Numbered from the stretch's first letter, positions 51,090 through 62,024 are shown. The stretch: 64,000 nt of DNA from Bdellovibrionales bacterium (GCA_041690295.1 JAWLHR010000003.1:64001-128000); one strand, 5' to 3'. Notes: generated from the sequence alone by a model not told the origin. Numbers and translations: made by a program.

Positions 51090-54000
51090 TCAAATTAGAC
51101 TGGCTAAATAACTGAGTTCATCGTGAATGCGTGGCCAATTGATTTCATTGATCCGGATCCGCAGGCGGTTATCCGGCGTGATGGAATACTTTTTATTCGA
51201 GCGTGAGGCGAGTTCGATCACCCGCTCGGGTGATAGACGTGTCTTTTCGGTAAACGCCAACGTGATGGTCGACTCGCCGCTGGACAAGTCCCTGACACTT
51301 AAGTCCTTGCAGATCTTGCGAATTAGCATCAAGCCCATGAGATTGATGACCGGTTCGGGCGGTTTGCCGAACTGATCGCGCAGTTCATCTTCGATGCGAT
51401 CAATATCCTCGGGGCTTTCGATTTCAGATAGAGATTTGTAATAGGCCAAGCGGATACGGAGATCGCCGATGTAGGAATCGGGAATGAGGGCCGGGATGCG
51501 CACGTTGATTTCCGGTTCCACGTCCGAGTCCACCGGCGCTTCACCTTTAGCGTTGCGTACAGCTTCTTCAAGAAGTTCGAGATAGAGTTCGTAGCCGACG
51601 GCGTTGACGTGTCCGGCTTGCTCCTCGCCCAAGATGTCGCCCGCGCCGCGAAGTTCCAGGTCGTACTGGGCGATGCGGATTCCCGAACCCAGTGCGGTGT
51701 TCTCTTGAATGATGCGCAAACGTTCTTGAGCGTCCTTATCCAGTTTACGATGATTGGGCACGAGCAGATAACAATAAGCGCGCTCTTTACTGCGACCCAC
51801 CCGACCCCGGAGTTGATAAAGCTGCGACAGTCCGAGTTGTTGGGCGTTGTCGATGAACATGGTGTTGGCCGCGGGCACATCCATTCCCGATTCCACGATC
51901 GTGGTGCAGACAAGCATGTCGATTTCGTGATGAAAGAATTCGACCATGGCTTTTTCCAATTCGCCTTCTTCCATTTGCCCATGGGCCACGCGAAAGCGCA
52001 CTTCAGGAACGATTTCCCGCAATTGATCCGCCAGGTGATAAATGCTTTGCACCCGGTTATGTATGAAATATACCTGCCCGCCCCGGGCCACTTCGCTCAT
52101 GATGGCCTTGCGGATGGTTTCTCCGTCGAATTTGATCACGAAAGTTCGTGTGGCCAATCGATCCACCGGCGCGGTGTTGATCAAGCTCAAATCACGAACG
52201 CCGACGAGGCTCATGTTCAACGTGCGTGGGATCGGTGTCGCGGACATCGCCAAAGTGTCGAGACCGGCGCGCATTTTTCTTAGTTTTTCCTTATGTTTGA
52301 CCCCGAAGCGCTGTTCTTCATCGATGATCAATAGGCCGAGGTCTTTGAATTGAACATCCTGACTGAGCAACCGGTGGGTGCCGATCACGATGTTCACCTT
52401 TCCTTCGCGTAAATCGCGCAAGGTCGCGCGCACTTCATTGGGCGGCACGAAGCGATTGAGTGAGCGAATGTCGAATCCCCAGGGGGCGAAACGTTTTTTA
52501 AAAGTTTCCAAATGTTGAAAAGTTAAAACCGTGGTCGGAGCGATAATAGCTACCTGGCGGCCGTTGCTGGCCATATGAAAAGCCGCGCGCATGGCCACTT
52601 CGGTTTTTCCAAAACCGACATCTCCGCAGATCAAGCGGTCCATCGGATGCGGCTTGGAGAGGTCCGCGATCACGTCATTGATCGCGCGCGACTGATCGAC
52701 CGTTTCCGTATAGGGAAATTGCGCTTCAAAACTGGCGAAATCCGCGTTGGGCTCCGGTAGTGGCGGCCGTTCGGCCACGCTTCGTTGCGCGTAAAGCTGC
52801 AGGAGTTCCGCGGCGATGTCGCGGAGATGCGATCGCACCTTTGTTTTGGTTTTTTCCCATCCAGGACCGCCCAGCTTGTCGATCAAGGCGCTTGACGACG
52901 GACCGGAATATTTTTGAATCTGGTGAACCCGGTAAACCGGAAGGTAAAGGCGGTCATTCCCTTTGTACTTCAGCTGGATGAATTCGCCATCAACACCCTG
53001 AATGGGCATGACCTTGAGACCTTCAAAGACGCCGATGCCGTGAAGTTTGTGGACAATCAAGTCGCCGGTTTTCAGATCGCCGAAATTAAAGGCGTGCGCT
53101 CTTTGCTCCAGAGTGCCGGTGGATTTGTATTCGGGTCGCGGCCGCTTATGGCCGAAAAGATCCTCTTCGCGCAGAAGAATGAAGTGTTCGTCGCCGTAGC
53201 GAAGACTCTCACCCAAGGGTCTTGTCACGATGTGAACCAGCCGACGGTCTTCGCGTTGAGCCTGGATCCACTCGTCCCACTGATAGCCGTCGGTCACGAC
53301 CGCGTTCAGTTCTGATTTTTCCAGCAGAAGTTTGATCCGTTGGGCCTGGGCTTGCGTGCTTACGGCGATAAAAACAGATTGCCCGATGTTTCTCCACTCG
53401 TTGAACTTCTTGTTTAAAAAATTCGTGAGCTGAGTGGCTCGGCCGATCAGAGATTTGGCTTGGCTGGCGAACTCGCGTAAGTCCGATGTGGAAAGCGGCA
53501 GAAGGGCCACGCCCTCGTCATGGGTTTTATGGTCTTCGCCGATCCGAACTTTGCTTAAAGAGATCGTCTGGGAGTCGGGCGGAAATTCGAGATTCTCGGG
53601 CGCCGAATAAATTTCGCCAAAGAGGGGGCGCACGATTTGCGCGACGGAAACTTCAAATTCCCTCTTGGTTTCCGCGACGAATTCATCATAAGCACGGGTG
53701 AGTTCGAACGGATCCAGTTTCCACACATTCAGTGGAGTGTTGAAGTGATCCGTCGGAAGCGCCGGAAGATCGTAGAAGTAGCTGCCGAGAAATTCGATCC
53801 CATGAAAGTGCTGGCCCTGCGCCAACTGGTGGAGGACGGCCTGGGCTTCTTCGCGATCCACCGCGCGGCCTTCGAAAGATTCTTTTAAACGAATCGCCGC
53901 TTTTTGCCTGGATTCGTCATCAAACAGCACCTCTTGGGCCGGAATAATGGTGAATTCCTCAATCTGATCCAGCCGGCGCTGACTGTCCTCATCGAACGTG

Positions 54001-54638
54001 TGCAAGGATTCAATCACGTCGGCGAAGAGTTCGATGCGGACGGGATGTGATAATGCGGGTGAAAACACATCCACGATTCCCCCGCGAAAGGAAAAAGTTC
54101 CAACGTCTTCCACGATGGGGGCATTGATATAACCGTTGGCTTCGAGACGCGCCGGCAGATCGGACGGCAGAACGTCGCCGCGTTTGAGCCGAATCACCCG
54201 CTTGGCCAGTTCTTGATAGGGCAAGCTTCTTTGTAAAAGAGCCTGTTGGGTGGCTATGAAAATGTCCCCGGGTTTCGCCGTTTGGGCCGCCCACATCCAC
54301 CGGAGGCGATCGGCGATCACGCGCCGGTTGGGATAAAGACCCGAGTAAACTCCGACATCGAACTCAGGTAAGAGGTGAAATTTCGGCTCAGGTGAAAAAA
54401 AGCGTAAGGATGTCACCAAATTCGCCGCCGCCTTGGCGGTCGCGCAAAGGATCAGATGGGGTTTTTCATTGAGTGCGATCTTGGGTTGCGAAAGCAATCC
54501 GGCCAGCAAGGTGGTCGAATCCGTTCCCACGACATCAAGCCGGGGCTCCCGATTGCGAAAATACCGGTCGAATGAATCTTCGACTTTCCAGGACCATGAC
54601 TCAAACATAACCCGCCGCGCCAAGTGCGCTGAATCCAC
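51090..54638 (-). CDS. mfd: Transcription-repair coupling factor Mfd
   Basis: 'RGGIVDVF', 'VHKLHGIG', 'GDVGFGKTEVA', 'DEEQRFG', 'SATPIPRT', 'QLRGRVGRS'; start 54638 or 54608. Confidence 0.97.
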   Translation of the reverse strand: MDSAHLARRVMFESWSWKVEDSFDRYFRNREPRLDVVGTDSTTLLAGLLSQPKIALNEKPHLILCATAKAAANLVTSLRFFSPEPKFHLLPEFDVGVYSGLYPNRRVIADRLRWMWAAQTAKPGDIFIATQQALLQRSLPYQELAKRVIRLKRGDVLPSDLPARLEANGYINAPIVEDVGTFSFRGGIVDVFSPALSHPVRIELFADVIESLHTFDEDSQRRLDQIEEFTIIPAQEVLFDDESRQKAAIRLKESFEGRAVDREEAQAVLHQLAQGQHFHGIEFLGSYFYDLPALPTDHFNTPLNVWKLDPFELTRAYDEFVAETKREFEVSVAQIVRPLFGEIYSAPENLEFPPDSQTISLSKVRIGEDHKTHDEGVALLPLSTSDLREFASQAKSLIGRATQLTNFLNKKFNEWRNIGQSVFIAVSTQAQAQRIKLLLEKSELNAVVTDGYQWDEWIQAQREDRRLVHIVTRPLGESLRYGDEHFILLREEDLFGHKRPRPEYKSTGTLEQRAHAFNFGDLKTGDLIVHKLHGIGVFEGLKVMPIQGVDGEFIQLKYKGNDRLYLPVYRVHQIQKYSGPSSSALIDKLGGPGWEKTKTKVRSHLRDIAAELLQLYAQRSVAERPPLPEPNADFASFEAQFPYTETVDQSRAINDVIADLSKPHPMDRLICGDVGFGKTEVAMRAAFHMASNGRQVAIIAPTTVLTFQHLETFKKRFAPWGFDIRSLNRFVPPNEVRATLRDLREGKVNIVIGTHRLLSQDVQFKDLGLLIIDEEQRFGVKHKEKLRKMRAGLDTLAMSATPIPRTLNMSLVGVRDLSLINTAPVDRLATRTFVIKFDGETIRKAIMSEVARGGQVYFIHNRVQSIYHLADQLREIVPEVRFRVAHGQMEEGELEKAMVEFFHHEIDMLVCTTIVESGMDVPAANTMFIDNAQQLGLSQLYQLRGRVGRSKERAYCYLLVPNHRKLDKDAQERLRIIQENTALGSGIRIAQYDLELRGAGDILGEEQAGHVNAVGYELYLELLEEAVRNAKGEAPVDSDVEPEINVRIPALIPDSYIGDLRIRLAYYKSLSEIESPEDIDRIEDELRDQFGKPPEPVINLMGLMLIRKICKDLSVRDLSSGESTITLAFTEKTRLSPERVIELASRSNKKYSITPDNRLRIRINEINWPRIHDELSYLASLI

Positions 54639-54712
54639 CTTCCTTCTTGGATTTGAAACAAGTGGCCATTATAAACATATGAAACGTTTCGCATCCTATC
54701 CGTGGAGTCGCC

Positions 54713-55084
54713 ATGTCGCAACTATTGCCAGTACTGGCTCTGGCGCTTTTTGTGATTATTTTTGGAACTGCATTGTTGGGCTTAGCCAACTTGATCAGCG
54801 CCAAAGCCAAGCCCAACAAAGTGAAAGACGAAACCTATGAGTGCGGTATCGCCGCGGACACCACGGGCCCCACGAAAATACCGATCAAGTTCTATCTCAC
54901 GGCCATTCTTTTTATTCTTTTCGATATTGAAATTATCTTCATGTATCCGTGGGCGCTGACTTACGGTGATTTCATCTCGCAAGGTCATGGTCTTTATATC
55001 TTACTCGCCATGGGATTCTTCCTGGCGGTGTTCGTCTTTGGTTTGTTCTGGGAAGTTCGATCCAAAGCCTTAGAGTGGGAATAA
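54713..55084 (+). CDS. nuoA: NADH-quinone oxidoreductase subunit A
   Basis: 'YECG', 'FILFDIE', 'ALEWE'. Confidence 0.96.
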   Translation: MSQLLPVLALALFVIIFGTALLGLANLISAKAKPNKVKDETYECGIAADTTGPTKIPIKFYLTAILFILFDIEIIFMYPWALTYGDFISQGHGLYILLAMGFFLAVFVFGLFWEVRSKALEWE

Positions 55085-55093
55085 TCAAACATC

Positions 55094-56254
55094 ATGGGCA
55101 CAGACATTTTTGAGATCACAGTTAATTTCGTGAAAATGGTCGTCATCTTTTTGATGATGGTCCAAATCGTGCCGTTACTGGTTTGGGTTGAACGGCGCGG
55201 CTCGGCTTTCATTCAAAACCGGTTCGGCCCCAATCGGGTGGGCCCCTTGGGTCTGACCCAGCTTCTCGCTGACGCGGTGAAATTTCTCACTAAAGAGGAA
55301 TTCATCCCGGAGCGCGGCTATCCTTTCCTTTTTTACGCCGCACCCGTGGTGGCCATGATCCCCGCGACACTGGCGCTCAATGCTTTGCCTCTTTCCGTAC
55401 CGATTCAGGTCGAAGCTTTTGAAATGTTCGGACAAACCTGGGGACCGTACACCTTTTTATTCCAAGGCTACGAATTCGGCATCGGGATCGTCTTTGTTTT
55501 GGGTGTGTCCTCTCTCGCCGCCTACGCTTTGCTGTTGGCCGGTTACGGCAGCAATAATAAATACTCGCTTTTCGGAGCGCTTCGCGCCAGCGCGCAGACG
55601 ATCAGCTACGAACTGGCGATGGGACTTTCCATCGTCGGCGTGATCATGCTCTTCAACACTTTCAACTTCACCGAAATGATCAACGCGCAATCCGGCCCGC
55701 TCAGCTTCTCTTTCTTGGGGAAAGCCGTGGAAATTCCAGCGCTTCCCAATTGGGGAATTTTTTATCAGCCGCTGGGGGCGTTGATTTTATTCGCCGCTAT
55801 GTTCGCCGAGGCCAACCGTTTGCCATTTGACTTGCCAGAAGCTGAAGGTGAGTTGGTGGCCGGTTATCACACTGAGTATTCGGGATTTAAATTCAACATG
55901 TTCTTCATCGGTGAATATGGCCATATGTTCGTGGCCTCGGCGCTCATGGTGATTTTTTATTTCGGTGGTTACACGCTTTATCCGTGGCTAACTCCCGAAA
56001 GTGTCGGTGCCTGGTTCGCGGGTTTTTCGCCGACCAAAGCCAGCGTGCTCACCGCACTTGTTCTGCACGTGGTGTTCATGGCCAAAGTGGTTCTCTTTTT
56101 GTGGATTTTCATTTGGGTGCGTTGGACTTTGCCGCGATTCCGCTATGACCAATTGATGGATCTGGGCTGGCGAACCATGTTGCCTTGGGCTTTGGCCAAT
56201 ACCATCATCACCGCCGTGGTCATTCTGATCATGCGAACTTCGTGGGGTAGTTGA
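55094..56254 (+). CDS. nuoH: NADH-quinone oxidoreductase subunit H
   Basis: 'ERR...Q.R.GPNRVG', 'ISYE', 'PFDLPEAEGELVAG', 'PRFRYDQLM'. Confidence 0.97.
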   Translation: MGTDIFEITVNFVKMVVIFLMMVQIVPLLVWVERRGSAFIQNRFGPNRVGPLGLTQLLADAVKFLTKEEFIPERGYPFLFYAAPVVAMIPATLALNALPLSVPIQVEAFEMFGQTWGPYTFLFQGYEFGIGIVFVLGVSSLAAYALLLAGYGSNNKYSLFGALRASAQTISYELAMGLSIVGVIMLFNTFNFTEMINAQSGPLSFSFLGKAVEIPALPNWGIFYQPLGALILFAAMFAEANRLPFDLPEAEGELVAGYHTEYSGFKFNMFFIGEYGHMFVASALMVIFYFGGYTLYPWLTPESVGAWFAGFSPTKASVLTALVLHVVFMAKVVLFLWIFIWVRWTLPRFRYDQLMDLGWRTMLPWALANTIITAVVILIMRTSWGS

Positions 56255-56256
56255 CG

Positions 56257-56778
56257 ATGTTGTGGGAAGCAATCGGCTTTTATTCTTTGGCTCTATTTCT
56301 TTTGTTCTTCGGATATAAGACCATCACCGTTCCGAATCCGATCCATGCCGCGCTCTATCTGGTGCTGACCATGATTGGTTTGGCCGGCACGTTCTACAAT
56401 TTAGGCGCGCACTTCATCGCCGGCGTTCAGCTGATCGTTTACGCCGGCGCGGTCATGGTTCTCTTCGTGATCGTCCTCATGTTGTTTGATTTGCGGGCTG
56501 AAATCCGCTCGTTCACCAGGGGATTGTTTTCCGGATCGCTGAAAGTAATTTCGGCGGCGATGCTGGCCGGCCTCGCGCTTGGCGCGGCCAACAGTTCGGT
56601 GGCGATTGTTGAACCGCAATCATTGCCGGCCGCGGTGGATACAACCCGACAGTTAGGTCATCTGCTTTACACAAAGTATCTCTACGCTTTTGAAGCTTTA
56701 GGCGTGCTTCTGCTGGTGGTCGCTGTGGGCGTGGTGGCGGTCTCGCGGAGCAAGGGAGGAACACATGCCCAGCATTGA
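56257..56778 (+). CDS. nuoJ: NADH-quinone oxidoreductase subunit J
   Basis: 'NPIHAAL', 'QLIVYAGAVMVLF', 'FE..GVLLL'. Confidence 0.95.
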   Translation: MLWEAIGFYSLALFLLFFGYKTITVPNPIHAALYLVLTMIGLAGTFYNLGAHFIAGVQLIVYAGAVMVLFVIVLMLFDLRAEIRSFTRGLFSGSLKVISAAMLAGLALGAANSSVAIVEPQSLPAAVDTTRQLGHLLYTKYLYAFEALGVLLLVVAVGVVAVSRSKGGTHAQH

Positions 56779-57091
56779 AACATTGATGCACATCGGATTG
56801 CCCCATTACATGTTTTTGTCGGCCATCCTTTTTTCGTTCGGAATGATCGCCGTTTTGATGCGGCGGAATGTGATCGTGATGCTGATGGGGATCGAATTGA
56901 TGTTGAACGCGGTGAATTTGTCGTTTGTGGCGTTCGCGCGTGAGAGCGGATCACTGAACGGTCACATTATGGTGTTCTTTGTCATGACGATCGCCGCGGC
57001 GGAAGCCGGTGTGGGTCTGGCCCTGGCGGTTGCGATTTACAAAAAGTTTCACGAAGTGAACATTCGCTTTTTTGAGCATTTGCGAGGCTGA
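56765..57091 (+). CDS. nuoK: NADH-quinone oxidoreductase subunit K
   Basis: 'RRN', 'ELMLNAVNL', 'AAAEAGVGLA'. Confidence 0.96.
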   Translation: MPSIETLMHIGLPHYMFLSAILFSFGMIAVLMRRNVIVMLMGIELMLNAVNLSFVAFARESGSLNGHIMVFFVMTIAAAEAGVGLALAVAIYKKFHEVNIRFFEHLRG

Positions 57092-57093
57092 TC

Positions 57094-59031
57094 ATGAATC
57101 ACGCGCTGGTCCTTTTAACTCTACTTCTCGCCCCGTTGATCGGCTTTTTGTTCAATGGAATCCGCTTCCGTGCTCAAAATGCGGTGCTCGCGGGAACAGT
57201 GGCCACGGTGGCCGCGGGAATTTCGTTCATCTGTTCAATCATTCTTTTCGCTCAACTTTTAGCTCTGCCGGCGGAACAGCGGGTGCTGGCGACCCAGTTT
57301 TATGACTGGATTTCGGTGGGGAATCTGAGAATTCCGTTCGGTTTCGTCGTGGATCAAATCAGCGGCATCATGATTCTCATCGTCGCCGGTGTCGGCAGCC
57401 TGATTCACCTTTTCAGTATCGGCTATATGGCCCACGATGAGCGGCCGTCCAAATACTTCGCCTATCTGAACCTGTTTCTCTTTAACATGTTGCTTTTGGT
57501 TCTGGGTGATAACCTGGTGGTGACCTTCGTCGGATGGGAAGGTGTTGGTTATTGCTCGTACCTGCTTATCGGATTCTGGTTCTCCGATGAGGCCAAAGCG
57601 GCCGCGGGGATGAAAGCTTTTATTACCAATCGGATCGGCGACGCCGGCTTTTTGATTGGGATGTTCATTCTCTTTGTGACTTTTGGATCTTTGAACTACG
57701 CGGACTTGATTCAGTTGATTCCTCCCGTCATTGAAACCGGATGGTTGGGCCCGATCACGTTGGCCTGTTTGCTCTTGTTCGTGGGCGCCACCGGTAAATC
57801 GGCGCAGATTCCGCTTTATGTTTGGTTGCCGGACGCGATGGCCGGCCCCACCCCGGTTTCGGCCTTGATTCACGCGGCCACCATGGTGACCGCCGGTGTT
57901 TATCTTTTTGTCCGCATGAGTCCCATTCTGGTCTTGGCGCCGCACGCGATGGAAGTGATCGCGTGGACGGGAGCCGCCACGGCGCTGGTGGCCGCCACCA
58001 TCGGCACCACCCAATGGGATATCAAAAAGATCCTCGCTTATTCGACGGTTTCTCAGCTGGGATACATGTTCCTCGCGGTGGGAGTGGGCGCCTTCTCGGC
58101 GGCGCAATTCCATTTGATGACCCACGCCTTCTTTAAAGCGCTGATGTTCTTGGGTTCGGGTTCGGTGATCCATGCCATGCACGAAGAACAGGATGTGCGC
58201 AAAATGGGCGGGCTGAGTAAGTATATGCCCATTACCTATTTCACATTCCTGATGGGTTGGCTGGCGATTATCGGAATTCCGCCGTTCGCGGGATTTTTCA
58301 GTAAAGATGAAATTCTCTGGTATGCGTTCTCAAGCCCTCACGGCAGCAAGGCCTTGTGGTTCATTGGCGCGGTGACCGCGGCGTGCACCGCATTTTACAT
58401 GACTCGTTTGATGGCGTTGACGTTTTGGGGCAAGCCCCGTTTCGGCAGCGACGTGCATCCCCACGAGTCGCCGCCCACGATGGCGATTCCTTTGATCGCC
58501 TTGGCGGTCTTGTCGGTGATCGGCGGCTGGGTGGGAATTCCCCACGTGATCGGAGAAATTCTTCCCGGTCACCCAGCCAATTATTTTCATAACTGGCTAG
58601 AGCCGGTGATCGGCAAAGTTGGCTCTGGGCACGGCAGCGCCATGGTTGAGTGGGCTCTCATAGGAATCTCGGTGAGTTTGGCGGTGATCGGCGCGTTGAT
58701 CGCCTATAATTCGTACGTCGTCCATCCCGAGCAATCGGCCAAGTTCGCGAAATTGCTCGGGCCCGTTCATACGCTGGTGGCCAACAAATACTATGTCGAT
58801 GAATTTTATTTTTCGCGCATTATCAATCCTCTTGTTCGCGGTTCGCGGGCGTTATGGCTCTACATTGACGTGAATTTCATTGATAAGGCGACTTATGTCG
58901 CGGGTGATTTGGTGGCGGGAGCGGCCTCTTTTGTCCGCACCGTGCAGAGTGGAAAAACCCAAAGCTATGCGTTGTACATGGCGCTGGGATTGGTTCTCGT
59001 GATCGCGCTGACATTAGGAAGATTCGTTTGA
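57094..59031 (+). CDS. nuoL: NADH-quinone oxidoreductase subunit L
   Basis: 'GWEGVG', 'GKSAQIPLYVWLPDAMAGPTPVSALIHAATMV', 'THAFFKA'. Confidence 0.97.
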   Translation: MNHALVLLTLLLAPLIGFLFNGIRFRAQNAVLAGTVATVAAGISFICSIILFAQLLALPAEQRVLATQFYDWISVGNLRIPFGFVVDQISGIMILIVAGVGSLIHLFSIGYMAHDERPSKYFAYLNLFLFNMLLLVLGDNLVVTFVGWEGVGYCSYLLIGFWFSDEAKAAAGMKAFITNRIGDAGFLIGMFILFVTFGSLNYADLIQLIPPVIETGWLGPITLACLLLFVGATGKSAQIPLYVWLPDAMAGPTPVSALIHAATMVTAGVYLFVRMSPILVLAPHAMEVIAWTGAATALVAATIGTTQWDIKKILAYSTVSQLGYMFLAVGVGAFSAAQFHLMTHAFFKALMFLGSGSVIHAMHEEQDVRKMGGLSKYMPITYFTFLMGWLAIIGIPPFAGFFSKDEILWYAFSSPHGSKALWFIGAVTAACTAFYMTRLMALTFWGKPRFGSDVHPHESPPTMAIPLIALAVLSVIGGWVGIPHVIGEILPGHPANYFHNWLEPVIGKVGSGHGSAMVEWALIGISVSLAVIGALIAYNSYVVHPEQSAKFAKLLGPVHTLVANKYYVDEFYFSRIINPLVRGSRALWLYIDVNFIDKATYVAGDLVAGAASFVRTVQSGKTQSYALYMALGLVLVIALTLGRFV

Positions 59032-59038
59032 GGTCGAG

Positions 59039-60553
59039 ATGACACTTTCAATTTTGGTTTTTTTGCCTTTGTGGTTTGCATTGATCGTGGCGCTTTTGCC
59101 AGATCAGCGGTGGATTCGGCCGGTCTCTCTTGGCCTTTCCCTGCTTCACTTCATTCTTTGTCTGGTGCTGTTTTACCAGTTCGATCCCTCGAAAGCGTCG
59201 GTTCAATTGGTTGAACGATATGAGTGGCTTCCGACCTTCGGAATCAGTTATTTCCTGGGAATCGACGGGATTTCATTTTGGCTGGTCATGCTTTCGGCGT
59301 TCCTTACGCCTCTGGTGATTCTCGGCAGTTGGACCGCGATTAAAGACAATGTTCGTTCGTTCCATGTGTGTTTGTTCCTCTTGCTGACCAGCATGATGGG
59401 AACCTTTCTCGCCTTGGACAGCGTGCTCTTTTATGTGTTTTTCGAAGCCTCACTGATTCCGATGTATTTCTTGGTGGGGGTGTGGGGCGGACCGCGCCGT
59501 CTTTACGCGACGATGAAATTTTTCATCTACACCATGGCGGGATCTCTTTTCATGTTGATCGCGATCATCGCCTTGATTTTCATGACCCAGCAACAATTCG
59601 GTCAGATGAGCGCCAGCGTGCTCGATTTTTACAAATTGAACATTCCTTTCGTGGGTAACGATCTATTAAACACGCAAACGCTGTTGTTCTTCGCCTTCGC
59701 CCTGGCGTTCGCCATCAAAGTTCCGATGTTCCCGGTGCACACTTGGTTGCCGGACGCCCACGTTGAGGCGCCCACCGCCGGTTCGGTGATCCTTGCGGCG
59801 GTGATGTTGAAAATGGGAACTTATGGCTTCATGCGCTTCGTTTTGCCGATTTTTCCCGAAGCCGCGGAACATTGGGCTTGGTTGTTCATGCTCCTGGGCG
59901 TGATCGGAATCATCTACGGCGCTTTGGTGGCCATGATCCAACCGGACATGAAAAAGCTGGTTGCCTATTCATCCGTTTCCCATATGGGTTATGTGATTTT
60001 AGGATTGTTCGCTCTTAACGTTTACGGCGTGACCGGCGGGCTTTATCAAATGTTGAATCACGGGATTTCGACCGGTGCGCTCTTCCTTTTGGTCGGTATG
60101 ATTTACGAGCGGACTCATTCGCGGCAAATCGCCGAGTACGGTGGGCTCGCGAAAGTCGCGCCGATTTTCGCCATCTTCTTTGTAATCGTCACATTCTCTA
60201 GTATCGCGGTTCCCTTGACGAACGGGTTCGTGGGGGAATTCCTTATTCTCCTCGGCGGGTTCGCGGCCAATAAGATCTATGGATCGCTGGCGGTCTTGGG
60301 CGTGATTCTCGGCGCCGTTTATCTGCTTTGGATGGTGAAGCGGATTTTCTTCGGCGACACTGGAAAAGTCGTGAAAGAAGCCCATGGCACGCCTCTCGAC
60401 GTGGGAGCGCGTGAGATCATGGTCATGACTCCGCTGGTGATTTTAATTTTCTGGATGGGAATTTTCCCGGGTGATTTCTTGCGTTGGTCCCAAGCCAGTT
60501 TGGACCATTTCGTTAATCATCGCACACAATATGAATTGAGCGTGGAAGAGTAA
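59039..60553 (+). CDS. nuoM: NADH-quinone oxidoreductase subunit M
   Basis: 'KVPMFPVHTWLPDAHVEAPT', 'KMGTYG', 'AYSSVSHMG'. Confidence 0.97.
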   Translation: MTLSILVFLPLWFALIVALLPDQRWIRPVSLGLSLLHFILCLVLFYQFDPSKASVQLVERYEWLPTFGISYFLGIDGISFWLVMLSAFLTPLVILGSWTAIKDNVRSFHVCLFLLLTSMMGTFLALDSVLFYVFFEASLIPMYFLVGVWGGPRRLYATMKFFIYTMAGSLFMLIAIIALIFMTQQQFGQMSASVLDFYKLNIPFVGNDLLNTQTLLFFAFALAFAIKVPMFPVHTWLPDAHVEAPTAGSVILAAVMLKMGTYGFMRFVLPIFPEAAEHWAWLFMLLGVIGIIYGALVAMIQPDMKKLVAYSSVSHMGYVILGLFALNVYGVTGGLYQMLNHGISTGALFLLVGMIYERTHSRQIAEYGGLAKVAPIFAIFFVIVTFSSIAVPLTNGFVGEFLILLGGFAANKIYGSLAVLGVILGAVYLLWMVKRIFFGDTGKVVKEAHGTPLDVGAREIMVMTPLVILIFWMGIFPGDFLRWSQASLDHFVNHRTQYELSVEE

Positions 60554-60554
60554 T

Positions 60555-62024
60555 ATGGAAATTCAGTTCGGACTTATTGATTTCATTTTGGTATCTCCCG
60601 CGGTGGCACTCTTCCTCTTCAGCTGTGTGCCCTTGCTGATCAAAGTTCTGCGTGGCAACCGCGAGCAAAATCAGTTCGCCACATTGATTTACGGAATCAT
60701 CGGCGTGGTGACGGCCGTGGGCCTTCTCGTTCCCACGATGGGTGTGGAGCGGACGGCCTTTGATGGAGCGTTGATTTTCGACGGGATCTCTTCATTCACT
60801 TCGTTGATTTTACTTTTGGTGACGGCGGTGGGTTTAACGTTCGCCCGTGACAGCCGATCCACAAATCCCAATCAGTTCACGGAAAATGTCTTTTTGATGA
60901 TGAATTGCACGGTGGGGATGCTCACCATGGCTTGGGCCAACGATCTCATCATTTTGTTCGTCGGCCTGGAGCTCTTTTCGCTCTGTCTTTACATGATGAT
61001 CGCCTTGAGCTTGGAAGAAAAACTCTCCAAAGAGGCGGCGTTTAAGTACTTCATCCTTGGAAGCTTCGCTTCGGCGGTCATGCTCTACGGTATTTCGTTC
61101 ATCTACGGAACCGTTGGCTCCACTTATTTGCCTGAATTTTTGGACGCGTCCCAAAGTCTGCTCGGAACCAATCGGCTGTTCTTGATCGGATTCATTCTTT
61201 TGATTTTCGGGCTTTGCTTTAAGGTTTCAGTGTTTCCGTTTCACGCCTGGGCGCCGGATGTGTACCAGGGATCTCCGACGCCACTGACCGCTTATATGGC
61301 GACGGGAGTGAAAGCGGTTTCTTTCGCGTTCTTACTTCGCCTGGTGGCCGCGCAAGGTTTCACCGTCGAGAGATTTTGGCCGTTTGTCGATACTCTCCAG
61401 TGGCTCGCCGCTTTAACGATTTTGATCGGCAATGTGGGCGCGTTCCGGCAGAAGAGTTTGAAACGCATGTTGGCTTATTCCAGCATCGCCCATAGCGGCT
61501 ATGTCATGATCGGTGTGATCGCCGCCGGCATCGGCGGCTCCAGCATGCTGGGCGCTTCGAGCGTTCTTTATTACATCTTTGCCTACACTTTGATGACCGC
61601 GGGAGCGTTCGGCGTTCTTCATCTGCTTGAGCCTCAACCTGAATCCGACCTGACTTATGAAGATCTGCGTGGACTGGGTTCGGAGCGACCGTGGTTGGCG
61701 TTGAGCATGACGATTTTACTGATCAGCCTTGCGGGTATTCCGCCCACGCTCGGATTTTTCGGTAAATTCTTTTTGTTCTCCGCGGCGATTAAGCAGGGGC
61801 TGGTTTGGCTGGCGATTTGGGGTGTGATTGGAAGTATCATCAGCCTTTACTATTATCTGCGGCCGGTGTTGGCGATGTATATGGAAGAGCCGCTATTCAA
61901 CCGCGGCCAATCCGAACTGCGCCCGCTCAGCTACTTTACGGTGACGACACTGGCATTTGTAATTCTCATCATCGGCCTCGGATCGGAGCCGTTTTATCAG
62001 CTGATTCTCGCCGCACTAACGTAG
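60555..62024 (+). CDS. nuoN: NADH-quinone oxidoreductase subunit N
   Basis: 'EAAFKYF', 'PFHAWAPDVYQG', 'KRMLAYSSIAHSGY', 'GIPP..GF.GK'. Confidence 0.97.
   Translation: MEIQFGLIDFILVSPAVALFLFSCVPLLIKVLRGNREQNQFATLIYGIIGVVTAVGLLVPTMGVERTAFDGALIFDGISSFTSLILLLVTAVGLTFARDSRSTNPNQFTENVFLMMNCTVGMLTMAWANDLIILFVGLELFSLCLYMMIALSLEEKLSKEAAFKYFILGSFASAVMLYGISFIYGTVGSTYLPEFLDASQSLLGTNRLFLIGFILLIFGLCFKVSVFPFHAWAPDVYQGSPTPLTAYMATGVKAVSFAFLLRLVAAQGFTVERFWPFVDTLQWLAALTILIGNVGAFRQKSLKRMLAYSSIAHSGYVMIGVIAAGIGGSSMLGASSVLYYIFAYTLMTAGAFGVLHLLEPQPESDLTYEDLRGLGSERPWLALSMTILLISLAGIPPTLGFFGKFFLFSAAIKQGLVWLAIWGVIGSIISLYYYLRPVLAMYMEEPLFNRGQSELRPLSYFTVTTLAFVILIIGLGSEPFYQLILAALT

Noticed and set aside
57259..58182. 307-aa ORF antisense to nuoL
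   Set aside because: His/Gln/Arg-rich mirror of hydrophobic codons; shadow ORF
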